A stretch of DNA of 62,847 nucleotides, counting the filler, from Octopus bimaculoides (lineage: Eukaryota): NCBI RefSeq assembly GCF_001194135.2. It is 6 parts of 5 records of this genome, joined end to end, with 100 filler letters (N's around TTAATTAATTAA, not from the genome) between each part and the next. Parts side by side here need not be neighbours in the genome. Positions count along the whole stretch, not along the records: positions 49,888 to 59,124 come from NC_068990.1; positions 59,225 to 62,847 come from NC_068992.1; 4 more parts are not named here. One strand, given 5' to 3'. The position numbers and the translations under genes were made by a program. Shown here piece by piece: positions 53,159 through 62,847 of the stretch; within the stretch, counting starts at the first letter, position 1, and every line of letters begins with the position of its first letter. The notes beneath the pieces are model-generated. The model saw nothing but the letters and a program-made list of their open reading frames with translations. It did no database searches and was not told the DNA's origin.

Positions 53159-54104
53159 ANNNNNNNNNNNNNNNNNNNNNNNNNNNNNNNNNNNNNNNNN
53201 NNNNNNNNNNNNNNNNNNNNNNNNNNNNNNNNNNNNNNNNNNNNNNNNNNNNNNNNNNNNNNNNNNNNNNNNNNNNNNNNNNNNNNNNNNNNNNNNNNNN
53301 NNNNNNNNNNNNNNNNNNNNNNNNNNNNNNNNNNNNNNNNNNNNNNNNNNNNNNNNNNNNNNNNNNNNNNNNNNNNNNNNNNNNNNNNNNNNNNNNNNNN
53401 NNNNNNNNNNNNNNNNNNNNNNNNNNNNNNNNNNNNNNNNNNNNNNNNNNNNNNNNNNNNNNNNNNNNNNNNNNNNNNNNNNNNNNNNNNNNNNNNNNNN
53501 NNNNNNNNNNNNNNNNNNNNNNNNNNNNNNNNNNNNNNNNNNNNNNNNNNNNNNNNNNNNNNNNNNNNNNNNNNNNNNNNNNNNNNNNNNNNNNNNNNNN
53601 NNNNNNNNNNNNNNNNNNNNNNNNNNNNNNNNNNNNNNNNNNNNNNNNNNNNNNNNNNNNNNNNNNNNNNNNNNNNNNNNNNNNNNNNNNNNNNNNNNNN
53701 NNNNNNNNNNNNNNNNNNNNNNNNNNNNNNNNNNNNNNNNNNNNNNNNNNNNNNNNNNNNNNNNNNNNNNNNNNNNNNNNNNNNNNNNNNNNNNNNNNNN
53801 NNNNNNNNNNNNNNNNNNNNNNNNNNNNNNNNNNNNNNNNNNNNNNNNNNNNNNNNNNNNNNNNCATTCACACTCTCACACAGACATACATCTTTAACGC
53901 TATAATAAATATCTCTGTTATTCATCTAATACGGTTGTGGTCTTTCATTACTGGTCATCTATGTTATCGTCGCATAACATATCATCTATATCATTATTTG
54001 ATATATATATTTTGTGTTCGACCGTGTGACGCGTTTAAATAAAAGGAGTCCTGTTTTTCCATTCGTCACCATTGCTCCTTTTTGAGTTCGCACGGTCGTC
54101 CCTT

Positions 54105-54149
<45 letters not shown>

Positions 54150-54444
54150 CAAAAAAATGGGATTAAAAAATCCTGGCAGATATCAATTAAGCATTCAGTA
54201 TAAAGGAATGAGGTTAAATTTCCAACAATCAAATACTAGTAGAATCCAAACAATCAGATACTAGTAGTATCCAAACGCCAGGAAAATCCTCATGCATGAC
54301 AGGTAAATCCAACAATCCTTTCGTAGAATTTTAAGAAATTCAAAGTATTTAACAACTAATAATATGTACGAATAAAATCATATCTTTACTTTTTGATACC
54401 TTAAAAATCCAACGATTGTTTCAACTGCATTAACATATATATGT

Positions 54445-56835
54445 GTGTGTGTGTATTTTTTCAATGTGTGCAAATAACATAACAAGAAAAAATAAATAGT
54501 TACCAGGGTAGCAAAAATTCACATAAGTGCCAAGGATATTACAGCCCACTTATAAATGTAGAAATTCCAGGGTTAAGTGAAATGTTCTTGTATAACATTG
54601 ATAAATTAAAAAATGGAGTCAAACACAGGTGTTATTCAAATCATTTATACTTCCAACATATGTTTTGAAGAAGCATTGAGATTATTCTGAAGGGAATGAA
54701 AATGATGTAAAACAATACAATCAAATAGTCAGGGGAAAAAAAAAAGAGAAACAAAACACATCAATAAGCCATTTTAACTGAATGTGATTACCACGTATAT
54801 GATGAAGGGGAACGCTAGCAAGTTATTTAAAAAAAAAATGTTAATACATTTAACGTCAAAGATAATTTAGAGATGGAGAAGAAAGAAAGAAATTAACAGA
54901 AAATTAAGAGTAGAAAAATATTGTGTGATAGATGAATGGGAATAAAGTTTAAAAGTGTGGAAATAGATATATATGTAGTGAAAATAAAATGTAAGAAGAC
55001 AGCTAAAGGTCAAATTTTATAGATTGGTAGAAATTACTCATAGGAACTATAGGTATGTTTTTGCCAATGATAAACGCATTCTTTAAAGATGTTTAGAAGA
55101 GTATTCTCCAAGAAAATGATGAGAAACTGCTCTTCATTACAGAGTAGACAAAATGATTTACTTTTGTCATATGGAAAGGATCTAGATAGAATTTTCCATT
55201 CTAAATCGAATTGTTTGTTCCTTTAGAGACCAAATTAATTTACTAAGCCCAGTATTGTTGCATTTATTGATATGTCTAAATGTAGAGTAATAGTTAGATA
55301 TTCTTTTTGATAACTGAGCCAATGAGCTACATATATAAAAAAAAAAACATCAGAACCGGAAGTAATTTTACATCGATAAACAGAGTTTCTAGTCTTAGAA
55401 TTACTGCTAAGGAAACGAATAAGATTTGAATTTATATCAGAAATATTTATATTGTTGTTATTATTGTTCAAAGAATGGTTAGCATTTTTCACTGTTATTA
55501 TTTTCATTAAGTGGATTTATATTTAACAACTTATTGTTATGCGAAATGATTTGTGAAAGGTTTTTGGTGTTTGAAAAACCTATCCTAATTTGATGGGAAT
55601 TGATAATGGAATGGTATCTGGAAGTGTTTGGAAAATTCTTATCTATAGCTTCACAAAACTGATAAGATAGGTTGGATTTGATCTGCTTATCATCTGGAAT
55701 GATCAGCCAAACTGTTTTACTAGGACACACCTTGTTATTAGGGTAATTATCTTTAAAATCCTACACTTATTTTTATTACATATAAAGGGATAAAAAGAAT
55801 GGTTATCTCTTTCATGCTGCAAAATTACATTTTTGAATCTAGTGTTGGTATTCAAACTAAAATTTATATTGTTATTACTGTTATGATGCGTTTTCATGTC
55901 CAGATTAATAGAGGCAGTACTAATATCAATAGGCTTGATATAGGTAATTTTTTCTTTATAGCCTGCTTTAAGTAAGGCAGAGTTAAAAAATTTGGCTTTA
56001 TCATTGAAGATATGAACATAAGCAGATAATCTAGAAAGTCTAAGTGAAATATTTCTCACTAAGTTCCTTGTAATAGCCTTCAGATGATTACTGAAAGAGC
56101 TAATATATTTTAAATTAGTTGAGGGTTTATGTATGTGAAATATGAATCATTATATAAGTTGAGGGTAATATCCAAAAAGTTGGCTTTAGTTATACCATCA
56201 TTGAAATTAATGTTTAAGCCCATGTTTCGGAAAAATTTAACCCACTTATTTTTAACATTTGTAATTTTTGGTTCAAAACATTTTGAAGGTAGAGTAGACA
56301 ATCATCTGATATAAACCTCCATTGACGTTTAGGAATTGGTCGGCCATCTCATAAAGGATATATATAAGAACATTATTAAAAAATTATTTATAAGACTGAA
56401 CATACCTCTTTTTCTAAATTACCTTTGACATAAATCTATTAATGTTTATTAAAAAATAACTTGCTAGCATTCCCCTTCATCATATACACGGTAATCATAT
56501 TTGGTTAAAATGGCTTATTGATGTGTTTTATTTCTCTTTTTTTTTTCCCTGACGAGATGATTGCATTGTTTTACATCATTTTTATTCCCTCCAGAATAAT
56601 CTCAATGCTTTCTTTGAAACATATGTTGGAAGTATAAATGATTTGAATAACACTTGTGTTTGACTCCATTTCTTAATTTATTGATGTTATACAAAAAAAA
56701 CATTTCACTTAACACTGGAATTTCTACCTTTATAAGTAGGCTGTAATATCCTTGGTACTTATGTGAATTTTTGCTACATTGGTAACTATTTATTTTTCCT
56801 TGTTATTTGCACACATTGAAAAAACACACATACAT
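54445..56835 (-). mobile_element. Decayed Penelope-like element flanked by about 390-bp inverted terminal repeats
   Basis: Arms 54445-54840 and 56441-56835; interior minus strand has frameshifted GLY[R]DDCL, NFLDITLNL, RLSRLS..ALLKAGY, linker IDKNFP..IISHNNKLL and GIY-YIG-like SVYRCKI..IYV. Confidence 0.85.
56544..56632 (+). ncRNA. Type I hammerhead-like motif with long helix II region
   Basis: UUUCC-CUGACGA-[60 nt including GCAUUG/CAAUGC]-GAAAC-AUAU-GU-U-GGAAG; palindromic ACAUAUGU; left-arm copy at 54650-54737 has core mutations. Confidence 0.55.
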
Positions 56836-56974
56836 TTATATACACTTCTTCAACCAGGTTTCCATATAACCTGGAAATAAAATAGTTACCACATATGGAG
56901 TTATTTAATATAAAGGCATCTCTTAAGGATATACCCATTCCACCAAGAAAGGTTTTCCTTAAACAACTCATTAG

Positions 56975-57380
56975 TAAGACAAACTTGCTGAGTGATATCC
57001 AGTAAGGCTTTCAACCAGGTAGGAGCTGCCCGACCCAGCTCTTACAGCACTATGATTGGGTGTTGAGGCAGTTACTCAACAACTCAAATGTGGACGTAAT
57101 ATACCTTGACTTTGCAAAAGCTTTTGATAAAGTGGTTCATGGTATGATATGTCACAAACTGAGTGATCTTGGCAAAGCTGGAAAACTTGGAGAGTGGTTA
57201 CATGACTTTCTGAAAGGTAGAAGTAAAGAGAGTAGTGGTCAATGGAGCCACTTCAAAGAAAACAAAAATAGTGAGCGGTGTTCCACAGGGCACTGTCTTG
57301 GGGCCACTGCTTTTCATAGTGGCCCTCTCAGATATGCCCTCAGCTGCTCAGATAGCCACCCTTGCTAGCTATGCAGACGA
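56975..57380 (+). mobile_element. CR1-like LINE RT fragment
   Basis: Q*GFQPGRSC, VDVIYLDFAKAFDKV, SGVPQGTVLGPLLF, SYADD; contains frameshift. Confidence 0.9.
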
Positions 57381-57884
57381 TAGAAAAGAGAACAATAATA
57401 TTCCTCATGGGTGGGACACTCAACAACTGGTTCAGGAGCATCTGGTGGTGCAGATGTATCTTGTTGGGTGATAAATAAATACAACTCGTTAAAATAACTG
57501 TTCCACAGTGTAACTTCCTGTTCTGTAGAAAGAAAAGTAGCCAGATGGAGGAAATGTCTCCATTTATATAGAAGATCAAAAATAAAATCACAGATGGCAA
57601 AAAGAAATGCACACAATCCAGCAAGAAAAGTATTAAAAATAACTGTTGATAGATATGAATGTATAAATGCCTTCGGGCAAGCTGCATGACATGAGTCCAC
57701 TCGCTCATACAAGCATCCACAAAATTGTGAGCATATGCACACATGAGGTTTGGTGCACTCATGATCACAAAGCAAGTTAGCTATCTACTCGGTGTTTGTA
57801 AGAATGGAGAGGTTAAAAGTAAACTCAAGTCATTCAAGTAAAGTAAATTAAGTTAATGGTTAATCAAAATTCATTCCCACTGCA

Positions 57885-58280
57885 TTGTGCAAAAGTACAT
57901 TTATATGTGTGTAGGCATCACAAGAGTCGTTCAGATATTTTATTAATGGTCTTCTAGTTAGTCCACAGAATAAAAAGGCATCCCTCGGAGCAGATATGGC
58001 ATCTCCAGGAAATTATATTGTAGGGCTTCGCATACCTTACTATGGACCATTTAATGCTGTACTTCATATTATCCTCCTTCAGTCACCACACAAATTCTGC
58101 CAAAGATGTTGAATGTCTCATAGTGATAGTCTTAAAGCTGGTAACATGGTTACGATAACAATTCTTAAATGAATCAGCCATTTGCCCAATGTAAACATAT
58201 GGCCCACCCCTTGTGTGCATGTTACATTTATATACAAGATTTGTACTCATGCAGAGATTCATCAAAGGACATTTTGATTT
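57885..58280 (-). mobile_element. Penelope-like element GIY-YIG endonuclease fragment
   Basis: NLVYKC..VYIG..SFKNCYRNHVTSFK..HSTSLAEFVW*LKE..YSIKWSIVRYAKPY..RCHICSE..INKISE. Confidence 0.88.
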
Positions 58281-58894
58281 TTCTTTGCATGAGCATTTAT
58301 CATATTTATATATGTGTGTGTGTGTGTGTGTGTGCGAGTTACTACTATATCTCTCTCTTTCCCCCTCTCGTTCTTCCTTCTGTTACTACTATATTTCTCC
58401 CCTTGTTTCTCCCTCTACCACTCTCTCTCTTCCTTACCCCTCGCTGGTCACATGTGTCCAATTACTAATTCTTTTCTTCCTTGGCTATCACCGAGCAAAT
58501 ACGCGAACTTACTTCGTCCTGCTTCCAGTTTGTTGCTTCACAGCGTTCAATATACACATAATTTTTCACGTCTGGCCGTATAGCCTTTTCCGTTTGTTTT
58601 CCTGTCTTGTTTTCTGTCCGCCACTACATTCCTCCATGGTACAAATTTAATTTGTGGTCCGTGGGAAGAGCCATTTTAACGATGCATCCTGCGCTAACTC
58701 TTTGAAATGGCGGTAGCTGGTGAAGGAAAATGTTCTCTATGTGGCCTGTGTGTTTTCTGTACTCTGGTTATTATTATTTTTTTGTCTACGCTTTGTTTGC
58801 AATGTCCTGTACCCAGATATGCACCCATATATACAGGTGGATGTAAGTATGCACATACTTGTACGTATATATGCATAATATATATATACATATA

Positions 58895-58925
<31 letters not shown>

Positions 58926-59039
58926 GTATGTATATATAAATATATATGTGTGTGTGTGTGTATATATATATATGTGTGTATATATAAATATATATGTATG
59001 AATATATAAATATATATGTATATATGTCTATATATGTGT

Positions 59040-59124
59040 GTGTGTTTGTGTGTCTGTGTTTGTCCTCCCACCATTGCTTGACAACTGATGCTGGTGTGTT
59101 TATGTCCCCATAACTTAGTAGTTC
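59040..59124 (+). mobile_element. Major SINE, middle fragment
   Basis: TTGCTTGACAACTGATGCTGGTGTGTTTATGTCCCC matches 10670-10720. Confidence 0.8.
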
Positions 59125-59479
59125 NNNNNNNNNNNNNNNNNNNNNNNNNNNNNNNNNNNNNNNNNNNNTTAATTAATTAANNNNNNNNNNNNNNNNNNNN
59201 NNNNNNNNNNNNNNNNNNNNNNNNATATATATATATATTTATATATATGTGTGTGTATGTGTGTGTGTATGTGTGTGTATGTGTGTGTATTTAATATACG
59301 TATATATTCAAATATAATAGGACTACTGGAATAACAGAATTCATGTGATATACGTATACATAGATATATACATCCACACACAGACATACGTGTCTCTTTT
59401 TCTGTGTGTGTGTGTTACATATATACTACTAAATATGTATATAGAGTGATAGACCTATAGGTCGATAAATAGACGGACG

Positions 59480-59511
59480 GACAGACAGAGAGACAGACAG
59501 ATAGATAGATT

Positions 59512-59544
<33 letters not shown>

Positions 59545-59545
59545 G

Positions 59546-59579
<34 letters not shown>

Positions 59580-59600
59580 TATAGATAGATAGACAGATAG
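59480..59600. repeat. (AGAC)n/(AGAT)n microsatellite
   Basis: Direct inspection; one of dozens of (AT), (GT), (AG), (ATAC) and (ATAG) tracts in the window. Confidence 0.95.
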
Positions 59601-59840
59601 ATATGCATGGACATATACCACAATATACTCGAATAAGAATACGTCCACTAACATTCCCTCACACCCATACAAGAAGATATTTGTATTTATATGGAAATGA
59701 CATTGATGTCAGACTTCAAGAGACCTATATATACATGTAATTCACACAGAAATACTTCCTTCTACATCTTCATAAACATGCATTCGCAGTATATATATGT
59801 GCATCTAATGACAAAGACATATACACACTCGGTCTCCCGC

Positions 59841-59876
<36 letters not shown>

Positions 59877-60538
59877 TACACACATGCACATATATATATA
59901 CACACTCATACATAAATCTATGTACGCATTCACATATATACAGACATATGTATATACATATATACATGTATGTATTCAAACACCCACACACACATTCAAA
60001 CACCCACTTTGAAACACACAAACATGTACAATTATAAAAGAGTGGTATATATATCTATGATTGTGTCTACCCATCAACGTACTCTTTAAGTGTATCTGTT
60101 TATTAATATACAAGTAACATGTGTGTATGCGTGTATGTGTGTGTGTGTATATACACATATATATATATATATTGGACACACACTCACATTTTTTTTTGTG
60201 TTAGTTTATCGTTTTCTTTTTTTATGAGGAGCATATTTTAAAAATATACTATACCGTTATCCCCAGGTACACCATTTAAAAAGATATTATTAGTTTAGTT
60301 GTTGTTGTTTTTTTAACCTGTTTTTTTTTTCATCGCTAATAGCATTCCATGGAAGATGACACGTTAATGAAATACATACATGTGATGATAGCGGAATAAA
60401 TCTTTCACATATTAATAAATAACTTACTGTAAAAAGAAAAAGTCAATAAAATTTATATTGATAAGAAAAAGACGTACATTTCAAAAATTATTTTTCTGTT
60501 AAAACGATGAAATGGACTTTAATACTTTAGGCACTTAC

Positions 60539-60613
60539 CTGTAATATTTGCAATGAGGTCTGACATCCGGTAAAAGTGTCAGTCCGAAGCAGAGGTGTGG
60601 TATATTCATTCAT
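60539..60613 (-). other. Possible first exon (MNEYTTPLLRTDTFTGCQTSLQILQ, phase 0)
   Basis: Perfect donor CAG|GTAAGT at 60539/60538; upstream ETS-like CGGAAGT at about 60667; no recognisable homology. Confidence 0.2.
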
Positions 60614-61917
60614 TTAAAAATTTAGTACCCGATGATGGCGTGTGCATAGTATTTTAGGTTTCTTACTTCCGTTACTCAAGATGTTTGTTAGATCTGAACT
60701 TTATCCTTTCTCATTAATTCCTTTTTTACGCAGATGAATGTGTGAGTGTTCGTATATACATACACACGTATATATATATATATATATATATATAAAGGTA
60801 TGTATATATATATATATGTATGTATGTGTCTGTGTATGTATGTATGTATGTGTGTATTTTCTCTATGTTTGCGTGTACTTTTATTTTCTTGGATTAAATT
60901 CCTTCGAGGGCGAGCATATATACATGCGTGTGTTTGTGTATGCGTGAATGTGTAATAGAATTTTATATATACCAATATGTCTGCGCGCGCGTGCGCGTGT
61001 ATATGTGTGTAGTATTAAACTCACAAAGAACTTAAAGCAAACGCAATTCTATACCCCACACTGGTAAATTGGTATATACGGGTGGTTTTGTATTAGTGCG
61101 TCTACAGACGTCTGTGCGTGTGTGCGTGTTCGTTTGTCTATGTATGAGGGCTAGTACATGTGTGACAAACTATTCATATGATTATGTGTGTGCATGCCTT
61201 TCTATGCGCGTGTTAGACACGGGTTGCTAATGTTGTTTGTATGTGTGCGCGCGCACTGAGTTCTGTTTATGTACGTACCTGCATGTGTTTGTATTCACAT
61301 CAATACAACTATGTAAAATTTTATGCATGTATCTATGAACGTATGTGAGATATATGTAAATATGTTTTGTGAATGTATATTAAAATTTACGTACAAGTAT
61401 GTTTAAATCTACGTGTATCGGTGCGTGTGTGTTATTTTTCGATGATGGTTACGTATACATATCTGTGTCTCAATCAATGAATATATGAATATAACATATA
61501 TTTATACACACAAATATATACATATAATATTATATATATATATTTATTTATTTATTTATCTATAATTCAAACAAATTTATATGTACGGGTATAAATGTAT
61601 AAGCATGTTCGTGTATGACGACAATTATTTGTTTACAGTCATCCCTCCCGGGTACATACATCCCCATGTGTGGGTGTGTGCATGTGCGTGAAACTGTGTG
61701 TGTCTGTGTGTGACCGTGTGTGTCTTTGTGTGTGTGTGCGTGTATGTGTATGTGCCACTGTTTGTTCACGCATAGATGTATGCGTTTATGCAAGCTCGCG
61801 CTCGGATGTGTAATCTCTAGTGAATATTTATAGATATATACACGTCGTTATACATATATATATATTTGTATTATTTTATTCAAGAAGGGAACTGGTTCCG
61901 TGTATGTATTCATTTAT

Positions 61918-61960
<43 letters not shown>

Positions 61961-62307
61961 NNNNNNNNNNNNNNNNNNNNNNNNNNNNNNNNNNNNNNNN
62001 NNNNNNNNNNNNNNNNNNNNNNNNNNNNNNNNNNNNNNNNNNNNNNNNNNNNNNNNNNNNNNNNNNNNNNNNNNNNNNNNNNNNNNNNNNNNNNNNNNNN
62101 NNNNNNNNNNNNNNNNNNNNNNNNNNNNNNNNNNNNNNNNNNNNNNNNNNNNNNNNNNNNNNNNNNNNNNNNNNNNNNNNNNNNNNNNNNNNNNNNNNNN
62201 NNNNNNNNNNNNNNNNNNNNNNNNNNNNNNNNNNNNNNNNNNNNNNNNNNNNNNNNNNNNNNNNNNNNNNNNNNNNNNNNNNNNNNNNNNNNNNNNNNNN
62301 NNNNNNN

Positions 62308-62345
<38 letters not shown>

Positions 62346-62811
62346 GATGGATAAACAGACTGGCTATGAATATATATGTATGTGTTTCTAAGAGTTATTG
62401 TGAGGATATATGTATACTTGTTAGTCTGCCTGTGCATATACACATTACTGTATAGCGTGACCAATAAACAACGCAAAATATGAGTACGTGTGTGCGTATG
62501 TATATATATATATATGTATGTAGAAGTAGAGGGAAAAGAATTTATAGATGTATGCTTATATGCATATGCATGTGTGTTTATATGTATTCGTATATACAGG
62601 TGTGTGTGTGTGTGTCTTTGTAAGTATGTGTATGTGAGTGAGCGTGTGTACAATCTTACAGCTACAAGTATCTAGTTGTGCCGTATATCTGATATCTAAT
62701 CATATATGAATATATGAAAGCATATATACACGTATCATGTATATATATGTGTATGTACATACATGTGTGTGTGTGTATATATCGAGAGACGCATATATCT
62801 ATCTATCTATG

Positions 62812-62842
<31 letters not shown>

Positions 62843-62847
62843 ATATA

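Overview
AT-rich, microsatellite-dense animal genomic DNA from a draft assembly, with about 8 kb of N gaps, five of which contain an artificial TTAATTAATTAA linker. The repeat families look like those of Octopus or another coleoid cephalopod; this is an inference from recalled SINE families, not a database result. I could not support any intact host protein-coding gene: nearly all ORF-track entries are translations of microsatellites or gaps. The window is mostly transposon debris: many tRNA-derived SINEs, three Penelope-like element (PLE) remnants, (TAA)n-associated R4/Dong-type LINE ends, RTE and CR1-like LINE pieces, hATm and Tc1/mariner remnants, several MITEs and a Helentron-type HINE. 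The most notable signal is a set of minimal type I hammerhead ribozyme (HHR) motifs found by eye in five different repeat families. All have a (near-)palindromic helix III and several have non-canonical cores. Three families occur as fold-back inverted pairs, one of which encloses a decayed PLE RT/GIY-YIG ORF. One HHR forms the 3' part of an apparently tRNA-headed SINE-like element. A candidate E-box/E2F/CCAAT promoter abuts a gap at about 53.1 kb.
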